A stretch of DNA of 52,443 nucleotides, filler included, from Catajapyx aquilonaris (lineage: Eukaryota), in assembly GCA_000934665.2 (NCBI GenBank). It is 2 parts of 2 records of this genome, joined end to end, with 100 filler letters (N's around TTAATTAATTAA, not from the genome) between each part and the next. Parts side by side here need not be neighbours in the genome. Positions count along the whole stretch, not along the records: positions 1 to 26,184 come from JYFJ02005241.1; 1 more part is not named here. One strand, given 5' to 3'. The position numbers and the translations under genes are program-made. This document shows, one piece after another, positions 1 to 11,756 of this stretch (its first letter is position 1; each line of letters begins with the position of its first letter). The notes beneath the pieces are model-generated. The model did no database searches. It was not told the origin of the DNA and saw nothing but the letters and a program-made list of their open reading frames with translations.

Positions 1-3000
1 CATTAATATGTAAATTGATAGTTTAACCCCAGAGCCACGGGGTCTGATCTCCACTCCACGCCACCAGCACCAGTCTGGATTGAAAGCGTTTGAAAATGGC
101 GGGCAAAGTCGAGTTGGAAGAGGTGTTTTGGAGTTCTTGTAAGAGGTCAAGGTGGGTGATCAGATATGGTACGTGGAGTACAATCTCGGAGGAATGCGTC
201 AGAGGGACTGGGACACGCTCCACGGAGGTCTACGCACAATGACGTACATTTCCGGAAAACACCGCGCCTCGCCGGCTCTGATTGTCCAGAGGCGGAGTCG
301 TGTAATCCCGCGATTGTTTTTCGATATGCATGCAGATCATATTGGCTTCAACCCTGACCCGCTCTCCACCCGGGGTTACTCAGCAAATCCCGGATTTGCG
401 CAGTCATAATCTAGTTTTATTAGGAGGTTTTACAGGGCAAAAGTTTCATCTTTTACTTGTACAAGCAGCAAGCTAAAGAACACTGCATCAGAGCCTAAAA
501 CTTTGCTAATTATTAATACGCTTAATTAATCCTGCTGAAATAGCTGATTGTGAAACCAACGAAGCACGCTAAGCTACTGTTTTAAAAAAATTGCATTGTA
601 ATTGATGAAAAATACAGCACTAATTACAGCAGTGGAGTTACTCCATTCCAACAAAATTTCCGCACCTTACAGATTTTGGTTATAATTATGCACTGTCTTA
701 GAAGCGGTTATAATTATGTGAGACATCAATTCAAACTTCTGATCCAGTGCCAAAGAAAAGTGACATTGACAAGTTTCCGCTGCATCCTGGATCTGTTATA
801 GACAGGTTTCACCGATGCATTATGAACACACAACATGTCAAAGCAGCTGAATACTAAATATACAAGCTTTCTACATACCCTATCTTGTTCAATGAAACTA
901 AAACAACTGGCACGTGTGCAATTATCGATCCACTTTATTCTTCTTATAGCATTAAAGGGCACCGTCCGGAAGCATTCAGTGTTCTTCTACTATATAATTC
1001 TTCAGCTTGAGCTATAAAAACCCGGATCTATTTTGAGCATGTGCTCATTAATAGTAGCATATAGCCTATATGGAAGGAAGGTGTTACTTTAGAACACACC
1101 TTCATTACTCGGTACCTAATGGCATATACTGTAGAAAACCTCTGGTTATAGACAACAAACCCTTCCTTTCCTATGCGGAGTTGGAGTCTCTGTCCTATAG
1201 CCTACCTTATGGGACATAAAAAATGTATGCATACATTTCATTCCAACTGGCTGGGAAAACTTCTTCACATCATGAATTTATCAACTCTCGAGTTATATAG
1301 ACCACAGAATCTCTTTTCCGTTGCAAATGCAGGTAATGTGAGACTGCATCTATTTGCACACATCAGTCCGGTCCTCCTGACTATGAATAAGCAATGGCAT
1401 GAGACGGAAAGATGAATGGGTATGGGTAGGATTGGGTCTGCTGCCTCCATATTACACGAAGCAGTGATTATTTGGAAACATGAAATACAGAATGATAAGA
1501 GTCAAACTAATTATTTCTAATACTATATAGGAGCGGGAAGTTTGAATATTTAGTGAGAATTTGTCTTCAGACAATTATGGGACTGAATTTGTTCTAGCTG
1601 ACAATTGATGGCTAAACTGCTATCAGGTACGCGCATTACACAATACCAAGCTCAATTTTGGCCCAAAAGGTTTTTGGTCAAAATTGAGGCGCAACTAACG
1701 GTCAAGCCACATTTCTATACTTCCCTATAATTTTATTTTTAAATTACGTGATAATGCAATATTATTCTTCTCAAAATGAGTCACATGTGACTGTTCTGCA
1801 TAGATCTTATCATTTCTAACGATTTCCTTGCTGATGTGAGGTTTTGAGGTGGTTGTCGCACCTGCCAGGTTTCACTGACGATTGAGGATCAATTTCGAGC
1901 CAGAATGTGGGCAGGTGGGGATAGGTTTTTGTAGGTGAAACGTTGTAGATGGGTGTGGGGGAGTAGGGAGGACAGATCGGCCTGGATTCGGATATTGATC
2001 GTACAACAGGGCAGCACCTGGATGGTCGCTTAGGTCTGCCCACTAGCAAGGGTCAGCTTCTTTGGACTAGAACAAATTAGCCACAATTATGCCACTTTAT
2101 GGACAACCCATTTGCTGGAGATCAAAGAGGTGGCCAATACTTTCGGGAAATGTTGAGGACTGGCTGGAGATGAATCACGTAACGTCAGACAGATGATGGT
2201 ATGTGCACCATCTTAATCTCCCCACCATCTGAGTGCAAGAATCCGACGAATTCCTAATTGCTTGGAAAGGCAGGCAGGCCGGCCACCTGAAAGGTGATGC
2301 CAACACTCTCCACAACTTACTCATCCAACAGCTGCCGCACTGCCCTTGTTAGGAAAAGGAAAAGGAGGCTGAAAAAAAAGAAGGGTGGGTAACCACTGGG
2401 TGGTCACTTGGGTCGGCCATCGGTTGAGAGAGGCAGGGCAGGTGGAGATGGGGGTGGTGGGAATTTTTACCGCCACCACCAGGTAGGTAAGGAGGTAAGC
2501 CTGAGGGTAGGGGATGGGCAGGTAGGGGGCTTTGTAGGTGTGCATCCAGAAGGAACCCCAACGCGTCATCGGAACCAGCTGATTAATGAACTTGTTCACT
2601 CCTCGTACAAGCTGCACGTGAAAAACACGCCCCCTAACATTCTTCTACAGCGGTGCTGTTTGAACCCGCATTTTATTGTGCTGTCAATTAGGACCGGCTC
2701 GGGACCATCGGCACCAATTTACCCCGTTTCTTTCTCAACCTTTTGTACATTAATGCCACCGTCGATGTATGTACTATTGGTAGGCCTATAATATTACCAT
2801 AAGACAATCATATGTTTGGTCAAAATCATTTTTATGGCGAAACAATTTGCCCCAATGCTATAGTTACTGCTTAGTACTAGGAGGAGGTGCGGGTCAGTGG
2901 GGCGTTTCTGACTCGCATCTAGGGGGATCATCTTGGCGAACGGGCCCCCTGAGGGACCGTACACGACCCCCAACTTGATGACATTGCACATGCACCAGTG

Positions 3001-3021
3001 CCCCCCTACCTATCCCTACCC

Positions 3022-3108
3022 TGTCCCTGCACGATGGTGGTAATCCACTCCCCTAAGAGAGCCATGGGCTCTCTTAGGGGAGTGGATTACCACTATCGTG
3101 CAGGGACA
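3022..3108. repeat. Near-perfect 42-bp-arm inverted repeat (hairpin)
   Basis: tgtccctgcacgatggtggtaatccactcccctaagagagcc-atg-ggctctcttaggggagtggattaccactatcgtgcagggaca; one G.T mismatch. Confidence 0.9.
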
Positions 3109-6100
3109 TATATACTGCTTAGTACCAGCAGTATAGCATTGGGGGCAAATTCTACCTAATATCTTTTGCCACAGTGTGATTGAAGTAGAAACCTGCTTCC
3201 TAATCGACTTTGACCTGAAGTCCCTGACTGTGAGCAAATAATGGTGAGCGAACCGTGAGAGCAAAAGGCAAGGGAGGCCCCCAATTCGTAGCACCAACTG
3301 GAAAAAAAAAAAAAAGCTTCCAGCTAAATGGCCGGTCACGTTGGATATTGGCGTGTTTGAAAAGGGACCGAACTGGTAAATCTCGGACTAATTTCTGGGC
3401 GGTAAAGCGGCACAGGGCTGAAGTCAAGCCCTCCTTTTCTTCCAAACAGGGTTGTCAAGTGGGGGCCATAAGTCGATGGCTCAAGCCTGTAATCAGTTGA
3501 TGAGGAGACTGCAGGATGCTGCTGCAGTAGAGACATAGCCCCGTCTTTACAGCCCGGACGGAACCAATAGAAGCGAAACGGAGAGGGGGAGAAAAACATA
3601 TAAAAAGGGAAGAAAGAGACTTCTTCCTAAGCGCCGCACGGGGGATGGTGCATGAGACCCCCCAAAGACTGGAATGGCAGCACCAAGCCCCCAGGCCATA
3701 AATCCTTGGGTGTCGGGGACAACACTACTGCAGCGTATACTCTAGCCTACTAGGGAAGCATGAAACCAGGTGGTCTTTGCTAAATTCCAGGTAATAAAGG
3801 CATTGTTACTGGTTATTAATGTTACAGTATATTCGGGCTGGCCATATACGTCTGTCGGTACAATGGGTAATATTATAGACGTCCCCGTCAATACAATTAT
3901 TATTCTTCATATCGTGGGCATAGGAGAACTCCCATAAGTCCCAAAAACCAATTTTGAGATCATGCTAAGCACTTCAGAAGGTACGCTCGGGAGACCCCGC
4001 ACTTTTACCTACTCCCCTATGCGTGTATCCTCTGGGAAGGATGTTAGGTAATGGGGTAGGTTGATGCAGCGTGCCCCTACCCCTGCCACATTCGGTCTCC
4101 CATTACGAATGTCCTTCCTAAATGACTATAACATGCAGACAACGTTTTAGAAGATTATATAGACCACCCCAGTTGACTAGTAGCTTATATACCGTATGGT
4201 TGGGCTACCATATGGCTGTCGTCCAGTTTTGAGGAATATTTTCTGATCTACTTTACCCATTGAAAGGATTTATTCTTCCTTTCAGTGTCTGGTCAGGAAG
4301 CAGCTTTCGACCGGGAAGGGTGGTTGGTCTCTGTCTTCCTTCAACTGCACTATATTGTTGGAGACTACATATTCAGGGATTATAGGCGTAGCTGACGGGA
4401 CAAAGTAAACATTTTTATGGAATTCCTGGCTTAGAAGCGATGCCAAGGAGAAAATAAGCAGGCCAAGACGCCATTGTGCTGAATGCTTATACTGTATACA
4501 GTTAGCATGGATATCTTTAGAGGATATGCTGTATGAATTCAGTTATAGTGTAAGCTGAGACTGGCACCAAGTAGCGTTTGGTTGGCGTATAATGAAGAGC
4601 TCCGAATGTGAATTACTGTATACGGTACAAAGAGATTACCTGTCAATGCCCACAGGTCTTATTTCAAGATTCTACAAGGAGAACTGGAAACGTTCCCGAC
4701 GAATTACTTGTACAACTAGATAGAATGCTTAAAAATAATTGGGAGTTATTTCCATCAGAAGGTCGATGAAAATTAGCTCGAAGGTGAAGCTGCTTCAGAT
4801 CCTGGCAGAACAATGGGGAACAAATGACGTTTCAAGCATTACAGTATATTGAGATTATTTTACAAAAATGTCTAGTCATGAGGTCGTCCTACAGTACTAG
4901 TTTTAAGAGGTTATTTACCAAGGAGATTATAGTGGCAAGGCTAAAATAGGCACTTTCCGACACTTTATTCCGATCCTTTTTTTAAATAACAATTATCATT
5001 GTATAAGAGTATAATTACTATGTGCAAGACGCGGAGAACAGATATTTTACGGCCTTGAAGAAGCCATCACATCAATCTCTGAATCCAATACAACTACAAG
5101 AGAATCAGTCCCTCATGTATATAGTATAAAAAGGGAAGAGATCATTAAAAAAATACTGTATACAGTGTATATAAATTCCAGAAAAAACAGGATATAGTCA
5201 GAGATACGTCGACATCAGATGGCTATATAGGTATGTGAATATCAAGCCTTACGAGGCCAGATAAAACGCGTGTTTCATTTCCCAGAAAAAAATAAGAGAG
5301 ATTGCACCAGAATGGGTTTTGGGTAGAGCACAAAATGACAGGTGTTTCCGGCCTATCCCATTCACGACACTCCTACATTTGACCTTCCGGTCAGGGTGAC
5401 TGATTCTCCAACATAAGTACGCACTATACATTGTCCCGCGTGCCGGATGCTAACTTGGAAGTCCTGGACTCCACTTCTTGTTCATGTCACCAATTTACGC
5501 CTCAATTTAGAATAGCCATGCCCGATGGCCACATCATGAACGAAACTATAGGAAATATTGGAGAATGATATTGAATATTTAAATATTAATGTGGAGCTGT
5601 ACTTTTGAATGAATATGAGCTATGAATGTAACTATTGTTATGCGCTTTATGTGGTACAGAGAAAGAATGGAAGCAAGCTGCCAATCTTCTTCCAATAACA
5701 ATCCGAGCCTAAATCTTTATTGTTTTCTGATTGGAGAGATAATTTTTCTTATTGCTTCCTTTTTTTTCATTCAATACAATGCGAACATTTTCTTTTGCAG
5801 TTATGCTCTTATGGTCAGAATCTCCCAATGCTGTTACTTTTCCATTGAGGATGTCAAAAGGCATCTTGAAGATAATTTTATCGTACCGTTTTGCGACAAG
5901 CGTAATTTAAGGTACGGTAAATTTTGGAAGTTTTCCAAATCCGAGTCGCGGATATTTGTAGTTATAGTATATAAGAGCTGATGTGACATCGCCTCTTTAG
6001 TGTTTCAATCAAAAAGTAATTATCGGCTCGATATATGGTACTTCAATGTGAGATATAATTAACTTGTTTTACAATATTAATTGATGAAGTTCATTACCTC

Positions 6101-7253
6101 AAAGACATCCATCATGCACTCATATTAGCTCTTTTATGCTCCGATATGTGGTCATAAAAATTATGAAAGCAGCAGATTCACGTACCACAAATCTGTCATA
6201 CTGTAATCGTTTCCAATTTGAATATTGAGCAGTTAACTAATTGTCATATTATCCCTGTTAGCTGCATAGGTTCAAGTAGTTGCTTCATTTTACTGTAAAT
6301 CACGCAGATTAATCGCTAATTCGCCGCTCATGCAACTCATTCATCAAGCACCACTTTAGTAATTACAGGCTGTACTTTATAGCCATTATTGAGTTCATTT
6401 CTGGAAGTGAGCTATTTTCAGAGTAGAAACTAGGGTGACCCGCTTTTGTGACTACAACCAGTCCATCCCTCTCAATATGGCAACACCCATTCGGAGGTCA
6501 GAGAGCGCGGGAAACTTGGACCCACCCAATTTTACCCCCACCCCACCTCCTTAAACCCACCGAAAGGACCACCTTAGTGGACGAGTGGAAGATGGCGTAG
6601 TAGATTGTTTGTCTTTGCCCCATTTTGTCAAAATTAAAGGGCAGAGAGCTTCACCGACAGTGGTTGGGTAAAAGTCTTCCGAAGAAGAGCAGTGCGGCGT
6701 GGAAATATGAATCATTCAGGACTTGATGATGTTGACACATGAACTCTGCGGAGTCAGTTGAGAGGATGAAAGCAATGAAAGTGAAGGCCAGGCAAATGGA
6801 CATTGGCCACATTCATTTATTCGGCCCCAGAATAACTTTAAAGCGGTTTCTGTAATTTCAGATGTAGTAAAGTCGAGCAAGATCACTATTGGAAAATGTC
6901 AAATATTTTACAGACCGGAAAAGAGCCAGCAAAGTTTGTTATTGTTTTCAGCAATGAAATGTTGTCTGGGAGAGGTGCAACTGGACCTTAACCCCCCCAA
7001 GTTGAACGGTGTTTAAATATCTAGTTTTCATTGCATGTAAGATAAAGGCATGTACTCTGTGAGAGTAACACTTTTTTGAGCCACTTTCTCAGTGTTTCTC
7101 GACCATGTTTTGACTCTATGATAAGCTTCTGTATATTACTGTACTGTACCTTCCACTGCACGCGTTCGAGAAAAACAATAATTATGTTTTAGCATACAAC
7201 TAAACCTCTAACTGCACTGCATTTATATTTTGCCCTGGGCAGAAGTAGGCCTA

Positions 7254-7541
7254 TCTATATAAATAAAGCCGTTTGTGAGTCTGTCTGTCTGTCTCTCTGT
7301 GTGTCTGTCCGCCTGCCAACCATCATTTGTCTGCCATCTGTGCTCCACCCCCAGACCGGGAGAGGATGGAGGTGTTGGGGGTTGACTACAGATGGCAGGC
7401 AAATGACGGTTGCCGTTATACAGGCGGGAGATGTTGAAGGTGGAGTAGCAGGACCACAGACAGACAGTTGACGGGGCTACTGGCAAGTGTTTTCCTTATT
7501 TCATTCATTTCTTCTCGGGCAACGCCGGGTGCCGCAGCTAG
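7254..7541 (+). mobile_element. Non-autonomous Helitron-like element
   Basis: 5' TC, (GTCT)n near the 5' end, 3' GC-rich motif CGGGCAACGCCGGG followed by CTAG, inserted between A and T. Three copies in the window. Confidence 0.8.
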
Positions 7542-7907
7542 TATACTTCTAATGGTAAAGAACAGTGTGTCCTGCTATGAAACAACCATCTGAACATTAC
7601 TTTTAATCTAATGAAACTGTAGCCTGTATTAAAACGGATCAGCATGAAAGGCGAGCCAGCTTTGATAAGGTTTAGCTCCATCGGAGACTCGTGGCACTAA
7701 AAGGGAGTTAAAAAGTTCCACGGGCTCAAAGTGTTGGTGGGAAATAAACCGCAACAGCTTATCGCCTTTGGGGTCTTCACCCCGACCACATGATCAGGTG
7801 TCCATCCGCTGTCTGCCTCAGCATCCAGACACCCTAGCCTTCGGGTGTCCACTTTCGTGATAGTGAACACGTGTTATTGAAGGATGATGGAAATGTGACT
7901 CTACAGC

Positions 7908-8009
7908 ATTACATTATGCAAAAATTATCAAGACCGACAAATTTTGTCGTTCTTAATAATTTTGCATAATGTAGTGAGGTTTCAAGCTATTTAATAGCTT
8001 GAAACCTCA
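7908..8009. repeat. Two abutting palindromes
   Basis: cattacattatgcaaaaattat..gacaaa/tttgtc..ataattttgcataatgtagtg, followed by tgaggtttcaagctatt-t-aatagcttgaaacctca. Confidence 0.8.
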
Positions 8010-9426
8010 AAAACTAACCAATATTGTAAGGGAAAAAAATCCGAACTTTATGTCCATCTACATTAGTCCCAAATTATATGACTCCGTGACATGTCGCCGA
8101 AAGGTCCACGCGAAGGCTCCCAAGACCGTATCAAATCAATTTGAACCTAAGGTCGCGAACTTTTTGACCTCCTCTAGTGTTTGCACAACCCCTGAAGTTG
8201 CATGCTTGTGACACAATCGTATTTGTGTCGGGCTTTCGGCCATGTCGCCAGGGATCGCTCCAAAAGCGAAAGGACAATGGTGGGTTGGATGCAAGGGGGA
8301 CAGAGAGACATATTATAAATTGCAGCGCGTCGTCTTTCACCGCCATTATTCTCAGGACATTTCTCGAGCTTGAAGAGGTGACAAAATGACACGCTCGGGG
8401 GGTGTGGAGGGAGGGTTTCAGCCTTTTCTTGTAGCTGTCTTGAGGCTATTGCTGACAGCACCATTTTGTATTTCTAGAGCTTAGAAAAGGGGGAAAAGGA
8501 GAGAAAAGAATGGAGTTGAACGTGTGTGGGCATGATGCCCAGGGTTTAGAAGGTTCGTGTTTGTAAGTGACCTGGACAGGTATTACCAGAACCGTTTTTG
8601 AAGCCCCCTCAATGATACGTCGTTAGGGTGCCAGCCTAATTTCCATACAAAAAAGCAATAAACTACAACTCATCATAAAAAAAAGAAGTTTTGAACAAAC
8701 ACTATACAACATTCAAAGAAAAGATTCAAGGGGAGAATCACCTTGACAACTAGTTGTATAGAACTCCTCATGCTCTTCTGTATATGACTGCTGAACACGC
8801 GTACGACCATTAGGCACACCGGCACTTCTTTCTTCGCTTGGTCAACCGGCAGTGAAGGGTTGAAGGAGTTTACCTGCAATTCCGGAGTAGACGCGTGCAC
8901 GCTGGAATAGGTGGACCCAGCTTCTCATTAGACTGCAAGCGGCACGCTTCGTTCGTCGTCACGCTGGCTGCACGACAGCCTTACCGTACCCATTTTTTTT
9001 TTACCATAATTTTTTTTTTTGTGGAGAGAGGAACAGGTCTGAACCGGCCAGATATATGCTTCGTGATTCAGTCAAACTGTGGAGTGTGACAAAATTAGGA
9101 AGCTGAGTCACACCACGATTCCTTCTTGAGCCTGGTATGTCGGTCCGAATCAATACTCAATCCCAGAGTTGGGGAACACCAGACTAGTTTCATCTATGGT
9201 CCACTTCTAGCTGGTAGGGGGAAGAAAAGCCTCCCGGATTTACGCCATAATCCACCCGGATCCATTCCCCTTCTGGGGATTGATGTGGTAGTGAGTCGGC
9301 TCCTGGGATCCTCTTCGTGCTAGAGAGGTCCATTCAGATTCATGCTCTTACATGTCAAATCCTGCTCTGGTCAAACCTTTGTGGCTATAGGCACACGCCA
9401 ATGTGCAGAACCGCTCTTATGACATA

Positions 9427-9672
9427 CTAGCGGGGGAAAACACCTGCCAGTAGCCCCGTCAACTGTCTGTCGTTCTGTGTGTACGCCCACCAATGCCATC
9501 TGTGGTCCTGCTACTCCATCTTCAACCTCTCCCGCCTGTATCGCCATTTGCCTGTCATCTGTAGTCAACCTCCAACACCTCCATCCTCTCCCGGCCTGGG
9601 GGTGGAGCACAGATGGCAGGCAAATGACGGTGGGCAGGCGGACATACTCACAAACGGCTTTATTAATATAGA
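9427..9672 (-). mobile_element. Non-autonomous Helitron-like element (same family as 7254-7541)
   Basis: Reverse-complement similarity to 7254-7541. TC start and CTAG end; the subterminal GC-rich motif is deleted. Confidence 0.75.
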
Positions 9673-11224
9673 TATGTAGCAATTTGTAGAAGAAAAATTA
9701 CATCAGGCTATATCAAACAGTGTGATACATTGAAGCTTCTTACATCCCCCNNNNCCCCGTATATGCCACATCTCCATGTCCCTATCATAATAGCGATAAA
9801 TGCAAATAGGCCTGTGGCAAGAAGAAAGGATGAATGGGGAGATGCTAACTGTGACCTTCTCGTTTCGGTTAGGTGGACAGAGGGTCTCGTGGCGGAACTA
9901 ACGGCCGGGGGAAATAAGCGGGGCCGAAACGGGGGTGGAAGTGAATGCCTGCCTGCCTCTTTTCTTTAAAATCAATCTCTTAATATGGCATTACTCACCT
10001 TCCTAATCCATTGTGTAAGATACTAAAACCGGTCTGATCAACAGTTGTAAAGGCCAGCAATTTTTAAGTCAGATTTGCGAATAAAAAGTCGTAAGAGCTA
10101 CAAGCCCAATAGTTATAGTAGTTGTGGCTGAGTTATGTGTGATGTGAATAGGAAGGGTGTGGTTAACGTCGGCACGACTACACATCGACGTAGTAAACGT
10201 GTTGTGCTTTATCTCCAGACGTCGCGATCGTGTCGACTCTCTCCGTTGATTTGAACCACGCCCTTCCTATTTGCATGTCATGTCATCAAGACGGTTAGCA
10301 AATTGTTTCGAAGGACATCGCTAGTCGCAAATCCACGTGCGCTAACAATATATTGGAACTACACACGTGACTCACACAATAGCTACAATACAGAGTTCGA
10401 GAGAAGAAGAAAAAAAGTGTGGTCAATGAACAATGAAAACAATGCAACTCTTAGGAGTATGTAGCTTGAGGAAGGTCGTTTCAGAATTATTCAAATGAGA
10501 TTGGGAGTAGGTGGTGGGAGTCGTTTGCTGATGTTTTTAATTCTGCAGGATAGTGTGTGCCTCGAGGGGTAACCAGCAGAGCTCCAGACATGTCACAACG
10601 GGAAAAATAGCTTGAACATTTACGCCACCTAACTGCTCCCAAGAATAGGCGGGGCGGAAGTCACGAGGAATTCCTGTTATTATTCCGTAGAATATGTGTG
10701 TAATAAAAAATTTTATTTACATTTAAAGTGCGTGTTAAGGACCACATGGCATCTTGCCGAACTCAATTTTGACCAAAATGTGACTCCGAAGGGCTGTTTC
10801 TATTGGCACAATTTTATCATATTTTCAACTTAAAAATGGTATTTAAAAAAATATTTGCGGTCCAAAATTTGTGAATATTCACTGCACATATTGGCCTAAT
10901 GACTAAGCATGACCTCACTGCAGTTGCAGTGACCATGAATGAGGACATTGATCATCGTAAGTTGGGATAGCCACAATGTGCACATCCTGAGGACAAGTAG
11001 TGACAGAACGTTGTCTCCTCCTCCTCCCTCCCACCCCCTTTTCCCTGGTGCCCAGCCAGTAGAGTGACAGGAAGTGTTGAGTAAAAAAAAAAAGAACGAG
11101 AGAAACGCCGAAAGCGAAAGTCGTTCCCCTGCGGTTCTGGGCCAGACAGACTGACCCACGTTCAATTCTGTGACCCGTTATACTTCTTATATCTGCTGGA
11201 CAACTATACTGTCCGATTACAAAA

Positions 11225-11756
11225 ATATAATTATTTATTTTTCCCCATGGGAGAATCGACGCTCAATTAGGGTGGGTGGAATACCACCATTTCACCACTC
11301 GATTTTTCTGAACTTTTTTCTTCACATGGGCAATGTAGGCTGTGGCGTATTATACGTAGGGCTGTGCGATATTTCGATACATCGACTGTCGATACGATAT
11401 TTTTCTAATATCGAAGTTGCGATATCCGACGCTTGGCATGTTCGATGTATCGAATATCGCGATTTTTCGATGTCGGTTTTCGATATTTTTCGATGTCGGT
11501 TTTTCGATTTTCGATGTCGGTTTTTCGATTTTCGATTTCGACTTCGATCCGATATTTTTAAGTATTGAAAGTCGATATGTAATTTCGTATATCGCACAGC
11601 CCTAATTATACGGAAGCGACCCCGGAATTATCCTGCGGGGGGGGGGGGGGGGGGGGGGNGGGGGGGGCGTGGAAAACCACAGAAAACCACGGAAAACCGG
11701 GAATCGAACCCAGGACCGATTAGCAATCGGACTCCTTAACCACTACACCAACCTGC
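11225..11756 (-). mobile_element. tRNA-derived SINE (family 1), interrupted by the hAT MITE
   Basis: Reverse-complement head at 11700-11756. The 3' region matches the 15514 copy. The MITE 11357-11604 is inserted in the body. Confidence 0.72.
11357..11604. mobile_element. hAT-type MITE with TCGA-rich internal repeats
   Basis: TIR tagggctgtgcgatat/atatcgcacagcccta; 8-bp TSD attatacg at 11349-11356 and 11605-11612. Confidence 0.88.

Noticed and set aside
23..409. Short overlapping ORFs at the window start
   Set aside because: No recognisable motif or consistent splice structure in any frame.
5801..5911. Possible upstream rhomboid exon (..EDVKRHLEDNFIVPFCDKRNLR)
   Set aside because: Splice-like signals are present but I see no convincing homology, so it cannot be supported without alignment.
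10147..10271. 18-bp inverted repeats bounding ~125 bp
   Set aside because: Possibly a tiny MITE, but there is no clear TSD or second copy.
11170..11605. Overlapping ORFs with RCRFFDF / KSKNRHR repeats
   Set aside because: Translation of the internal repeats of the hAT MITE.
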